Shown in pieces: positions 11,298 to 26,597 of a DNA stretch of 64,000 bases. The notes beneath the pieces are model-generated. The model was not told where the DNA came from. It searched no databases and saw nothing but the letters and a program-made list of their open reading frames with translations. The stretch's first letter is position 1, and each line of letters starts with the position of its first letter. Source of the DNA: an uncultured Solirubrobacteraceae bacterium (lineage in GTDB: Bacteria; Actinomycetota; Thermoleophilia; Solirubrobacterales; Solirubrobacteraceae); contig CAVTXW010000009.1 of NCBI GenBank assembly GCA_963738815.1, forward strand, positions 11,536-75,535. Reading direction: 5' to 3'. Both the position numbers and the translations under genes were made by a program.

Positions 11298-11900
11298 TCA
11301 GGCCACGTTCGGAAGGGAGTAGACGCGCCAGGGGTCCTGCACTCCCTTCAGGCGCAGCTCGCCGCGGCTCTCGAGCGCGAAGGCTGAACCCAGGGCGAGA
11401 TCGCGGGCGGTGCCGCTCGCCAGGACCTCGCCCGCCTCGGCCAGCGCCGCGATGCGGGCGGCGATGTGGACCGCGATGCCGCCGACGTCATCGCCGAGCA
11501 GCTCGCACTCGCCGGTGTGAAGCCCTGCCCGCAGGCTCAGCCCGAGCTCGCGCAGGCGCTCGCCGACCGCGACCGCGCAGGCAATCGCGCGACTCGGCCC
11601 GTCGAACACCGTCAAGGCTCCGTCGCCGAGCGACTTCACGACGCGCCCGCCACGCGTGGCCACCTCCTCGCGGACGACGGCGTCGTGGCGGCCCAGGAGC
11701 TCGGCCCAGCGGACGTCGCCCAGCCGAGCCGCGATCTCGGTCGAGCCGGCGATGTCGGTGAACATCACGGTCGCGAGCACGCGCCCGGCGGCCGGCCCTG
11801 CGGGCTCGATCGCCGCGGCGCGGCCGCGGGCGCAATCGCACAGCGGCAGGATCTCCGCCCGCGGCGGCGTCGGCTCCAGAAGGCGCGTTTCGGGTCCCAC
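11298..11900 (-). CDS. Class III adenylate/guanylate cyclase domain protein (start uncertain)
   Basis: TVMFTDIAGST, VKSLGDG, RAGLHTGECE, GIAVHIAARIAALA, LKGV. Confidence 0.85.
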   Translation of the reverse strand: MGPETRLLEPTPPRAEILPLCDCARGRAAAIEPAGPAAGRVLATVMFTDIAGSTEIAARLGDVRWAELLGRHDAVVREEVATRGGRVVKSLGDGALTVFDGPSRAIACAVAVGERLRELGLSLRAGLHTGECELLGDDVGGIAVHIAARIAALAEAGEVLASGTARDLALGSAFALESRGELRLKGVQDPWRVYSLPNVA

Positions 11901-11944
11901 CTCCTGTTGAACGCCGCCGAGGGCGTCGGCGTGAGGCGACTTCC

Positions 11945-13531
11945 CTAGGGCGTCGGCTCGGGGAGCCCCAGCGCCTCGGGAGCCAGCGACCGCGTCCGTG
12001 CGACCGACAGCGCGCGCACATACGCGCGCGCGGCCGCGTCGATGATGTCGGTCGAGACGCCCTGGCCGGCGCCGGTGGCGCCGTCGAGCTCCAGCACCAC
12101 CGAGGCCTCTCCGAGTGCGTCCTGGCCCTCGGTGACGGCGCCGATCGTGAACTCGCTGAGCACCGGCGCGGTCGCGGTCGCCGCGTTGATCGCCTGGAAG
12201 ATCGCGTCGATCGGGCCGTCGCCGACGAAGTCACCCGTGACCTCGCCGCCGTCGGGCAGCCCGACGCCCACTCGCGCGTGCGGTGAGCGCCGCGTCGAGG
12301 ACTCGACGTCGAACCACTCCAGCGTGTAGCCGGGAACCTCCTCACGCAGCTCGTCGGTGACCAGCGCCTCGAGGTCCATCGCGGTCACCTGCTTCTTGCG
12401 GTCGGCGATCTCCTTGAAGCGCTTGAACGCGACGTTCAGCGCCTGGCCGTCGATGTCGAAGCCCATCTCTTCGAGCGCTTTGCGCAGCGCGTGGCGCCCC
12501 GAGTGCTTGCCGAGCACGATCGAGTTGCTGCGCAGCCCGACGGTGGTCGCGTCCATGATCTCGTAGGTCGCGCGCTCCTTCAGGACGCCGTCCTGGTGGA
12601 TGCCCGCCTCGTGAGCGAACGCGTTGCGCCCCACGATCGCCTTGTTGGGCTGCACGGGGTAGCCCGTCATGCGCGAGACCAGCCGGCTCGTGCGGGCGAT
12701 CTCGGTCGTGTCGATGCCCGTCCACAGCCCCAGCGCGGGCTCGCGTGTGTGCAGCAGCATCACCACCTCCTCCAGGGAGGCGTTGCCCGCGCGCTCGCCG
12801 ATGCCGTTGATCGCCCCCTCGACCTGGCGACAGCCGGCTTCCAGCCCGGCCAGGGAGTTCGCGACCGCGAGCCCCAGGTCGTCGTGGCAGTGGACCGACA
12901 CCGTCACCCCACGCAGGTCGGGCACCAGCTCGTAGAGGCGTTCGAACATCGCCTTGTACTCGCCGGGCATCGTGTAGCCGACGGTGTCGGGCACGTTGAT
13001 CGTCGTCGCGCCCTCGTCGAGCGCGACCTGGATCACCTCGGCCATGTACTCGATGTCCGAGCGCGAGCCGTCCTCGGGCGAGAACTCGACGTCGTCGGTG
13101 TACTCCTTGGCCTGCGCGACCGCCGCGCGCGCCTGCCCGATCACGTCCTCGCGCGTCGTCATCAGCTTGCGCTCGATGTGCAGGTCGCTGGTCGCGATGA
13201 ACGTGTGGATGCGCGGGCGGTCGGCGTCGCGCACCGCGTTCCACGCGGCCTCGATGTCCTGCTTGCTGGTGCGGGCCAGCCCGCAGATGACGGGGCCTTC
13301 GACCTCCCGCGAGATCGTCTGGACCGCCTCGAAGTCGCCGGGCGAGGTGATCGGGAAGCCCGCCTCGATCACGTCCACGCCGAGCCGCGCCAGTTGATGC
13401 GCGATCTCGAGCTTTTCCTGGCGGTTCAGGGAGATCCCCGGCGACTGCTCGCCGTCGCGCAGGGTCGTGTCGAAGATCAGGACCCGATTCGCCGGGTCGC
13501 GGTCGGAGTGGCTATCGGTGTGGGTGCTCAT
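11945..13531 (-). CDS. leuA: 2-isopropylmalate synthase
   Basis: FDTTLRDGEQSPG, EFSPED, HCHDDLGLAVAN, AHEAGIHQDG, LGKHSGRHA, C-terminal regulatory domain. Confidence 0.96.
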   Translation of the reverse strand: MSTHTDSHSDRDPANRVLIFDTTLRDGEQSPGISLNRQEKLEIAHQLARLGVDVIEAGFPITSPGDFEAVQTISREVEGPVICGLARTSKQDIEAAWNAVRDADRPRIHTFIATSDLHIERKLMTTREDVIGQARAAVAQAKEYTDDVEFSPEDGSRSDIEYMAEVIQVALDEGATTINVPDTVGYTMPGEYKAMFERLYELVPDLRGVTVSVHCHDDLGLAVANSLAGLEAGCRQVEGAINGIGERAGNASLEEVVMLLHTREPALGLWTGIDTTEIARTSRLVSRMTGYPVQPNKAIVGRNAFAHEAGIHQDGVLKERATYEIMDATTVGLRSNSIVLGKHSGRHALRKALEEMGFDIDGQALNVAFKRFKEIADRKKQVTAMDLEALVTDELREEVPGYTLEWFDVESSTRRSPHARVGVGLPDGGEVTGDFVGDGPIDAIFQAINAATATAPVLSEFTIGAVTEGQDALGEASVVLELDGATGAGQGVSTDIIDAAARAYVRALSVARTRSLAPEALGLPEPTP

Positions 13532-13606
13532 GCCGCTCGTGCTCCTTCTCTTTCTCGCTTTACGTTCCTCTCTGCTGTGGGTATGCGGCTACGCGGCCGC
13601 CACGCG

Positions 13607-13663
13607 CTATTCCCCCCGGAGGGGGAGCAGGAGAAGGGCGAGAAGCGAGAACTGCGGCGACAT
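13607..13663 (-). promoter_or_regulatory. Leucine-rich leader peptide (attenuator) of leuA: MSPQFSLLALLLLPLRGE
   Basis: 18-codon ORF with 7 Leu codons ending 75 nt upstream of leuA; TAATCT 9 nt before its ATG; CCCCC/GGGGG hairpin at its 3' end. Confidence 0.85.
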
Positions 13664-13705
13664 TCACGTCGCAGATTAGCATCGGGGCGTTAGCGTGGAG
13701 GCCCG

Positions 13706-14617
13706 ATGGGCCGTCTCCGGAACGCCGCGCTCGCCGCGTTGCTGATCGCCGCCGTCCCCGCGGCGGCAGCCCGGCGCGCGGCGGCCGCGCCGGTCTACGG
13801 CGTGACGATCGACAAGACCTCGAAGCCGGCGCGGATCATCGAAAGCCTCGCGGCTCTGCCGGAGCGCGCGACCGTCCGCGTCTACCTCGAACCGCGGCAG
13901 AAGGCGCCGGGCTACGCCGCCGCGCTCTCCCAGCTGCACGGCGCGGGCTCGGTGATGGGCGAGCTGCTCGACTCCTCCGATGAGAAGTCGCTGTCGACCG
14001 AAGCGTTTCAGGCGCACGTCCAGGAATACGTCGCGGCGCTGTCGGGCTCGGTCGACATCTGGGAGGTCGGCAACGAGGTCAACGGCAACTGGACGGGCCC
14101 ATACGAAACCGTCGCGGCCAAGCTGACCGAGGCCTACCGAGATGTGGCGGCTGCGGGCGGCGCGAGTGCGCTGACCCTGTACGAGAACTCGTTCGGGCCC
14201 GACCACTGCGGCGATGGCGAAGCCGAGCTGACGCCGGTCCAGTTCACCCAGCGCTTCGTCCCGGCCGAAGTCGCCGGCGGGCTCGACTACGTGCTGCTGT
14301 CCTACTACCCGACGCAGTGCGGCGGCGCGATGCCCGGCGACGCCCAGGTCGCCGCGGAGCTGGAGCAGCTGCATGCGCTCTACCCCAACGCGATGCTCGG
14401 CTTCGGCGAGGTCGGCCTCCCCCACCCCGCCTCCAAGCGCACGGTCGCGCAGGCCGAGTCGATCATGCGCTGGGCCTACTCGCTGGACCCCGGGCTCCCG
14501 TACTACGTCGGCGGCTACTTCTGGTGGTACGGGTGGCAGGACGCGCTCAAGCCGAAAGCGCGCCTTGGCAGCGCCCTCGGCGAAGCGTTCGAAGCAGAGA
14601 ACTCGGCGCTCGGCTAG
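13706..14617 (+). CDS. Secreted protein, possible glycoside-hydrolase-like TIM barrel
   Basis: Signal peptide; DIWEVGNEVNG and LGFGEVG resemble clan-A acid/base and nucleophile positions (inference). TAGCGT upstream. Confidence 0.65.
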   Translation: MGRLRNAALAALLIAAVPAAAARRAAAAPVYGVTIDKTSKPARIIESLAALPERATVRVYLEPRQKAPGYAAALSQLHGAGSVMGELLDSSDEKSLSTEAFQAHVQEYVAALSGSVDIWEVGNEVNGNWTGPYETVAAKLTEAYRDVAAAGGASALTLYENSFGPDHCGDGEAELTPVQFTQRFVPAEVAGGLDYVLLSYYPTQCGGAMPGDAQVAAELEQLHALYPNAMLGFGEVGLPHPASKRTVAQAESIMRWAYSLDPGLPYYVGGYFWWYGWQDALKPKARLGSALGEAFEAENSALG

Positions 14618-14749
14618 GGCGCGCTCGCCGATCAGGCTCCGACGACGACCGTGCGGCTGGCGGTCGTGGAATCGGCGCTCAGCGCAGCGGCGACCGGCCA
14701 GCAGTGCGCCGGCTGCCCGTCGCCCCATGCGCTGTATAAGTCCATCGCT

Positions 14750-15703
14750 GTGAACTCGCTCGTGGCGGAGGGCCTGAGAAAGGATTTCGGCGAGGTTCGC
14801 GCCGTGGACGAGGTGACGCTCGCGCTCGCCGCCGGAGAGGTGCGCGGGCTGTTGGGCCCCAATGGGGCAGGCAAGACGACGCTGCTGCGGCTGCTGCTGG
14901 GGCTCGTGCGACCGGATGCCGGCGAGATCGAGGTCTTCGGAGAGCGGGCACGCTGGGCCGACGGGGCGCTCTCGCCGCTCGTCGCCGGCGTCGTCGAGGA
15001 ACCGGCCTTCTACCCGTATCTGTCCGCTCGCGCGAACCTCCAGGTCCTCGCTGCGCTGGACGACGGCGAAGGCGAGTCGCGGATCGGTGCCCTGCTCGAG
15101 CGGGTCGGGCTGCGCGATGACGCCGAGCGCCGCGTCGCCGGGTTCTCGACCGGGATGCGCCAGCGGCTCGGCCTGGCGTGTGTGCTGCTGCGCTCGCCGC
15201 GCCTGCTGATCCTCGACGAGCCGACGTCCGGGCTCGATCCGGCGGGCATGCGCTTCGTGGAGCGGCTCGTGCGCGAACTGGCGGCAGACGGCGTGAGCAT
15301 CCTCCTGAGCAGCCACCACATCTCCGACGTGGAGCGCGTCTGCGACAGCCTCACGGTCCTGCGCTCGGGGCGAGTCGTCTGGGAGGGCACCGGCGAGGAG
15401 ATGCGCGCGCAGGCGCCGGCGTCGCCGTGCGTGCTCGAGACCAGTGACGAGGAGCTGACCCTCGCGATGGCGTCCGGGTTCGACGGGGTGCAGTGCGTGG
15501 AGGCCCGCAACCCAGGCTTGCTCGTGAACGCGAGCGAGCAGGCTCGGGACGCATTCGTCCTCGCGCTCGCCGGAGCCGGCGTCGCCGTGCGGCGCCTGGA
15601 GCCGGCGATGACTCCGCTCGAGGCGATGTACTTCGAGCTGACTGGCGCAGATGCGAGCGCCGCGGGCGCGCTGCGGGGTGCGACCGCGGGAGCGGCTGGA
15701 TGA
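14750..15703 (+). CDS. ABC transporter ATP-binding protein (exporter type)
   Basis: GPNGAGKTT, FSTGMRQRL, ILDEPTSGLDP, SSH. Confidence 0.93.
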   Translation: MNSLVAEGLRKDFGEVRAVDEVTLALAAGEVRGLLGPNGAGKTTLLRLLLGLVRPDAGEIEVFGERARWADGALSPLVAGVVEEPAFYPYLSARANLQVLAALDDGEGESRIGALLERVGLRDDAERRVAGFSTGMRQRLGLACVLLRSPRLLILDEPTSGLDPAGMRFVERLVRELAADGVSILLSSHHISDVERVCDSLTVLRSGRVVWEGTGEEMRAQAPASPCVLETSDEELTLAMASGFDGVQCVEARNPGLLVNASEQARDAFVLALAGAGVAVRRLEPAMTPLEAMYFELTGADASAAGALRGATAGAAG

Positions 15704-17268
15704 GCGCGCCGTCGGCGGCCGCGGCCCTTCCGCTCGCGCCGCCGCGCCGCCGCGGGCTGCTGCCCGCCTATCGCGCCGAGCAGCGCAAGCTGCTGGCGCA
15801 AGGCTCGATCCGCGCGCTCGCCCTGTGCTGCGCGCTCCTGCCGTTCCTGTTCGCCCTGCTCGTCAGCTCGCAGAGCGGCGTCCCCGCCGACAGCCTGCTG
15901 GGCGTCTGGGTTCACAGCTCCGGCGCCGGCGTCGGCTTCGTCGTCCTCGATTTCGCCGGCTACCTCGGGTTCCCCGTGCTCGCCGGGCTGGTGGCAGGCG
16001 ACCTGTTCGCCTCCGAGGACCGCTTCGGTACCTGGAAGGTCATCCTCACGAGGTCGCGGAGCCGGGGCGAGCTGTTCGCGGCCAAGGTGCTCGCCGGCTG
16101 GGCGCTGGCCTGCGCGCTCGCGCTCCTTGCCGCGCTGTCGAGCGTCGCAGGAGGGTTGCTGTTCGTCGGCTCGGGCCAGCTCGTGGACCTCGGCGGCGCG
16201 GCGCTCGGGAGCGGCGAAGCCGTGCTGCTCCTCCTGTGCGGCTGGCTCCTCGACCTCCCCCCGCTGATCGCGCTGGTGTCCGTGGCGGTCCTGCTCTCCG
16301 TCGCCTCCCGCAACGGCATCGTGGGTGTCCTCGGCACGGTCCTCGTCGGCCTGCTGATGCAGCTCCTGTCCTTCGTCGGCAACGGGTCGGTGGCCGGCTT
16401 CGCGCTGCTCGGCACGGCCTTCGACGACTGGCACGGGCTCCTCGCCGACCCGCGCTTCGCCGGGCCGCTGGCGATCTCGGTGGCGGTCTCGGTGGCGTGG
16501 AGCGCCGGCTGTCTGTGGGTGGCCTGGCGGCTCGTGCGACGCCGCGAGTTCGCAGGGCCGCCGGTGTCGCGCCGCACGGGTTGGGCCGGTGTCGCGCGCC
16601 CCGTCCTGGTCGTCGCCGTTGCCGCGGTGGCGCTCGGCGCGGCCGCAAGACTCGCGCCGAGCACGGTGACGCGCTCGAGGCTCGCGGCTTCGTTCGGCCA
16701 GAGCTTCGAACGGCTGACCGTGCTCCAGCAGCACGAGCTCGGCCGGAGCATCCCCGCCGGCGCCCGCCTGAACATGCGGACGCGCTGCACCCGGCGGGGC
16801 ACGGCGCTCAACGGGCCGGGCGATGACTGGGGCTGCACGTTGACCCTCGGCGGCAGCGAATCGGGCTGGAACCCGGTCAACCTCACGGCCGTCACCTACG
16901 ACCTGAGCGTCAAATCGAACGGCTGCTACAAGGCCGACGCGCCTCCTTCATTCATCGGCGCGCAGACGATGGCCCTGGCGCACGGTGCGAGCGTCGTGAA
17001 CCCGCTCTACACGATCTATGGCTGCTTCGACCCGCTCGCCTCGGCCCGCTGCCCAGAAGCGGCGCCGTGCGAATCGCTCCCCGGCCCTCGCTCGTCAGCG
17101 GCGCCGCCGGAGCGATCCGCGCCACCCTCCGCGGCACAGCGCGCACGCGCGCTGCGTCAGCTGCACGAAGCCGAACGCGCCGCGGGACCGGCGGTGATCC
17201 GCAAGCAGGAAGAAGAAGAACGGCGCTTCGAGCGGGAAGGGTCGAGCAGCAGCCGGCCTGCGCGCTGA
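15700..17268 (+). CDS. ABC-2 type permease with Cys-containing C-terminal soluble domain
   Basis: Several TM helices; AGDLFASEDRFGTWKVILTRSRSRGELFAAK; ATGA overlap with the ATPase gene. Confidence 0.85.
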   Translation: MSAPSAAAALPLAPPRRRGLLPAYRAEQRKLLAQGSIRALALCCALLPFLFALLVSSQSGVPADSLLGVWVHSSGAGVGFVVLDFAGYLGFPVLAGLVAGDLFASEDRFGTWKVILTRSRSRGELFAAKVLAGWALACALALLAALSSVAGGLLFVGSGQLVDLGGAALGSGEAVLLLLCGWLLDLPPLIALVSVAVLLSVASRNGIVGVLGTVLVGLLMQLLSFVGNGSVAGFALLGTAFDDWHGLLADPRFAGPLAISVAVSVAWSAGCLWVAWRLVRRREFAGPPVSRRTGWAGVARPVLVVAVAAVALGAAARLAPSTVTRSRLAASFGQSFERLTVLQQHELGRSIPAGARLNMRTRCTRRGTALNGPGDDWGCTLTLGGSESGWNPVNLTAVTYDLSVKSNGCYKADAPPSFIGAQTMALAHGASVVNPLYTIYGCFDPLASARCPEAAPCESLPGPRSSAAPPERSAPPSAAQRARALRQLHEAERAAGPAVIRKQEEEERRFEREGSSSSRPAR

Positions 17269-17296
17269 GCGCCGTCCGTCGGCGTCGGCACGAGGC

Positions 17297-18637
17297 TCAG
17301 GGCAGCAGTTCCGAGCGCCACACGGAGAGCTTCAGCCCGGCGCTGTACCAGGCGACGGCCGCCAGGCGCGCGAACGGCGCGGACGCGAGCACACCGCCCG
17401 TCGAGGGCGCGGCTTCCAGCGGCGCCCCTCTGCGAGGGAGCACGAACTGGCTCGCAGCTTCCGACGGGAAGATCCGCGCCGGCGTGAAGAGGATGTCGCC
17501 GCCGCCTGTGGAGGCGACGGGCTCGCTCCCGGCGGGGATCGACGCGAGCGGACCCGGCGCCCCGACGATCCTCGAGCTGGGCACCGCGACGCCGTTCGAG
17601 CCGGTGGTCAGCCAGCTCGCCACGCCGCCGCCGGGGACCGCGGCGCTGCGTGCTCCGTAGGCCTGGACGCCCGCCGCGGTGAGCACCGAGGGCGCCGCGA
17701 ACACACCGCCCTTCAGAGCGCTCGCGAGAACGGGGCCTGCGACGTTGCCGACGGCCTGGTCGGTCGAGCAGGCACCGGCGACCCAGGTGACGAGCCCTTC
17801 GCCGGCGCCCGACGTGCCGAGCTGCAGGTCCGAGACCGGGCCGCGTGCGAGCGTGACGAGGCGCGCGACGTTGCGGCTGCCGGGCGAGGACATCAGGACA
17901 CGGCCGCTGCACGGGCTGTAGAGGTAGGCCGTCCCGGCGGCGTCGTAGACCGGCCGGGCGCCTTCGGGCGCTTCGCGGACCAGCCGGGCTGCGCCGAAGC
18001 CGTGGTGCGGAGCCCGCCACGCGAGCTCGACGCCGCCCGCCGGGCGGGGGCATGCCTTGACGCTCCGGCACGCCGCCCAGGCGGCGAGCACGGTCCCATC
18101 CGGCGCCAGCGCGAGTTCGGGATAGGCGGGCGTCCGCCCGCCCGTGAACCAGAGGTCGGAGAAGTGGCCGAGGAGCTTCGAGGGCTGCCAGGCGCCTTTG
18201 AACGGGCCGTGGGCGACGCGCGCGCTCTCGGAGAGCCCGTTGAGGTCCTCATAGCCCCATGCGACCGTCACTTCGCCGCGGGCGACCGTCACCGAGATCT
18301 TCATCGTCGGGTTGGCGCGCTGCCGCCACACCGTCCGGATCAGCTTCTCGCGGTTCGCCGTGAGAACCGCGACCTTCAGGGTCACGACGGGCAGGCAGTC
18401 GACCCGCCCGGGCTCGAGCGCGCAGCTCTTCGCGCGCGAGGGCGAGGGCTGGCCGCGGACGGTCTCCCACGCGACCGCGGCGTCGCCGCGCCCCGCAATG
18501 GCGACCGCCGGAGCCGCGTAGGGCGAGGCGGCGCCGGCTTCGAGGGGGGTCGGATGCGTCCAGCGGGCGAGCGCAGCCGCGGGGCCGGCGAGTGCCGCCG
18601 CCGCGAGCAGGACGATGAGAGCCGTGAGCCGGGACAT
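17297..18637 (-). CDS. Hypothetical secreted protein with repeated beta-rich 'VAW' units
   Basis: Signal peptide MSRLTALIVLLAAAALAGPAAALA; repeats AAVAW, VTVAW, VLAAW, LVTW, AAVAW; TACGTT 6 nt upstream of ATG. Confidence 0.7.
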   Translation of the reverse strand: MSRLTALIVLLAAAALAGPAAALARWTHPTPLEAGAASPYAAPAVAIAGRGDAAVAWETVRGQPSPSRAKSCALEPGRVDCLPVVTLKVAVLTANREKLIRTVWRQRANPTMKISVTVARGEVTVAWGYEDLNGLSESARVAHGPFKGAWQPSKLLGHFSDLWFTGGRTPAYPELALAPDGTVLAAWAACRSVKACPRPAGGVELAWRAPHHGFGAARLVREAPEGARPVYDAAGTAYLYSPCSGRVLMSSPGSRNVARLVTLARGPVSDLQLGTSGAGEGLVTWVAGACSTDQAVGNVAGPVLASALKGGVFAAPSVLTAAGVQAYGARSAAVPGGGVASWLTTGSNGVAVPSSRIVGAPGPLASIPAGSEPVASTGGGDILFTPARIFPSEAASQFVLPRRGAPLEAAPSTGGVLASAPFARLAAVAWYSAGLKLSVWRSELLP

Positions 18638-18744
18638 GGATGGAACGTAATCCCGCGCCGGAGGCGCTGGATCGGGGGAAACCCGCGGTCTCTGTGTGAC
18701 ATCCCCGTACGGCAGCCGATCAGGCACCGCCGGCGCGGCATCGC

Positions 18745-19743
18745 TCAGGGCGTCAGCACGACCTTCCCGAGGTTCCGCCGCTCGACGATCATCGTCTGCG
18801 CCTCGCCCGCCTGCTCGAACGGGAACGCACCAGCCACGACCGGATCGATCGTGCCGTCGGCGAGCATCGCGGTCAGCGGCTCGATCCACGGGCGCAGCGT
18901 GCCGCGGTCCTTCCACAGCGTGAGCATGTTCAGCCCGATCACGGCCTTCGATTCCTGCATCTGCTTGATCAGGTTGAAGCGCGGCATCCGCAGCACGGCT
19001 TTGAGCGCCGCCGGGATGTTTTTGCGCTCGCCGGAGACGACCGAGGAGGCGCCGAACGCGACCAGGCGCCCGCCCGGCGTCAGGAGGTCGTAGCTGGTGC
19101 GGAAGCTCTTGCCCCCGACCGCGTCGAGGACGATGTCAAAGCTCCCGATGCCCTTCTCCCAGCCCGGGCGCGTGTAGTCGAGCGCCCGGTCGACGCCGAT
19201 CTCGCGGCAGCGCTCGTGCTTGGACGGAGACGCGGTCCCGTAGACCTCCGCGCCGAAACGCTTGGCGATCTGCGTCGCGGCGATGCCGACGCCACCCCCG
19301 GCCGAATGGACGAGGACCCGCTCGCCGGGCTGGAGGTTCCCGTAGCCGATCAGCCCCGCCCACGCGGTCGCGTAGTTGACGGGGATCGCGGCGCCCTGCT
19401 CGAAGCTGAGACGCTCAGGCAGCTCGACGACGTCGTCCGCGGGCACGACGACCTCCGAGGCGTAGCCGCCGAACTGCGTGCCGGCCAGCACGCGCTGGCC
19501 CGGCACGAAGGTCTCGACCCCCTCGCCGACCTCGAGCACCGTGCCCGCCACCTCGTAGCCCACCACGCACGGCGTCTTGGGCGCGTCGCGGTAGAGCCCC
19601 ATCCGCGCCATCACATCCGCGAAGTTGATTCCCGACGCCGCGACCTCGATGCGCACCTCGCCCGGGCCCAGCGGCGGGTCGGGGCGCTCCTGCACCTGGA
19701 GCACCTCGGGCCCTCCGTGCTTGGTGATGACGACCGCGTGCAT
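18745..19743 (-). CDS. MDR-family NADPH:quinone oxidoreductase (VAT-1-like)
   Basis: GINFADVMARMGLY, VGYEVAG, HSAGGGVG, RRNLGKVVL; TAGGCT 7 nt upstream. Confidence 0.9.
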   Translation of the reverse strand: MHAVVITKHGGPEVLQVQERPDPPLGPGEVRIEVAASGINFADVMARMGLYRDAPKTPCVVGYEVAGTVLEVGEGVETFVPGQRVLAGTQFGGYASEVVVPADDVVELPERLSFEQGAAIPVNYATAWAGLIGYGNLQPGERVLVHSAGGGVGIAATQIAKRFGAEVYGTASPSKHERCREIGVDRALDYTRPGWEKGIGSFDIVLDAVGGKSFRTSYDLLTPGGRLVAFGASSVVSGERKNIPAALKAVLRMPRFNLIKQMQESKAVIGLNMLTLWKDRGTLRPWIEPLTAMLADGTIDPVVAGAFPFEQAGEAQTMIVERRNLGKVVLTP

Positions 19744-19810
19744 CGCCGCGAGCCTAACCGACGGCGCCAACGCCGTTGTGTGAGCGCACGCACACCCGCG
19801 CGCTCACCGC

Positions 19811-23336
<3,526 letters not shown>

Positions 23337-23355
23337 CGCGGCGCGGGCGGGCGCT

Positions 23356-25248
<1,893 letters not shown>

Positions 25249-25252
<4 letters not shown>

Positions 25253-26571
25253 GCCAGCTCCCGGCGCAGGAGCTTCCCGGACGCCGTCCGTGGCAGCGGC
25301 TCGCCGCTGCGGTCGAACGCCTTCGGGACCTTGTACGGCGCGAGGTGCGCCCGGCAGTGCGCGACGAGGTCGTCCCAGTCCACGGCGGCCCCGGGCGCCG
25401 CGACGATCCAAGCGGCGACCATCTCGCCCCATTCCTCGTGCGGGCGCCCGACCACCCCGGCCTCGATCACCTGCGGGTGCGCTTCGAGGACGGCCTCGAC
25501 CTCGGCCGGCGCGACGTTCTCGCCGCCGGTCACGATCGTGTCCGCCTTGCGCCCGAGCACCTGCAGCCAGCCACGCTCGTCCAGACGCCCCAGATCCCCC
25601 GTCGCGAGCCAGCCGTCGTCCAGCTCGGCCGAGGCCGCGACGGTCGGCCCGGCAAGCATGATCTCGCCGTCGGCGGCGATCCGCAGGCGGGTGCAGAACA
25701 GCGGCGGCCCCGCCGTGTGCGCCGGGTCCTCAAGGGCCGCCGCGGGCAGCGTCGTCGCCTGCGAGGAGCTCTCGGTCAGGCCGTAGGTCAGCGAGACCCG
25801 CACCCCTGCCCGCAGCGCCCGCGCCCGCAGCGCCGGCGGCACCGGGCCGCCGCCGGTCAACGCGCAGCGCAGGGCCGGCGGCCGTTCGAGGCCCGCGTCG
25901 AGCAGCCGCGCGAGCGTGGTCGCCACGAGGCTCGCGAGCGTCACGCCGCCGGAGCTCAGCGCGTGCAATGCGCGGTCGGTCTCGAAGCGCTCGTGCACGA
26001 CGGCGGTCGTGCCGTAGACCGCGGAGCGGATGAGGATCGAGAGGCCGCCGACGTGCGAGAGCGGCAGCGCGCACAGCCAGCGCTCCTCCGGCGCCGTGCC
26101 GAGAGCGACTCCCGAGCCGAGCGCGCTCCACAGCAGGTTGCCGTAGCTCAGCTCGACGGGCTTGGGGGCGGCGGTCGTGCCGGAAGTGTGGACGACGATC
26201 GCCGTCGCATCCAGATCGTGCCGGGCGCCGAGATCGAGCATCTCGCCGCCGCCCGGCAGCGGCTCCTCCACGAGCACCGCGGCTCCGCCTGCGATCCGCT
26301 CGCGCTCGGCGGGCGCGAGCCGCAGGTCGACGGGGACGACGGCCGCGCCGAGGAGCAGGCACGCGTGCAGTGCCTGGGCGAACTCCAGGCCCGCCGGCAG
26401 CGCGATCGCGACCCGGTCCCCGGGCCCGGCGCCGAGCGCCTGCAGGCGGGCGGCGCCGGAGCGTGACGCGGCCAGCAGCTCGGCGTAGCTCCAGCTCCCG
26501 CGCGGCGTCTCCACCGCCGTTCGCCCCGGTGTCCGCGCCGCTGCCCGCTCGAGCCATGCGCCGGTCTTCAT
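25249..26571 (-). CDS. menE: o-succinylbenzoate-CoA ligase
   Basis: [42 protein letters not shown]; men context. Confidence 0.9.
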
Positions 26572-26597
26572 CGCGCAACAGGCTAGCCTTCGCGCCG
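26572..26597. promoter_or_regulatory. Symmetric bidirectional leaderless promoter for menE and menB
   Basis: CAT-N8-AGGCTAGCCT-N8-ATG: the palindrome at 26580-26589 presents TAGCCT on both strands. Confidence 0.75.
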
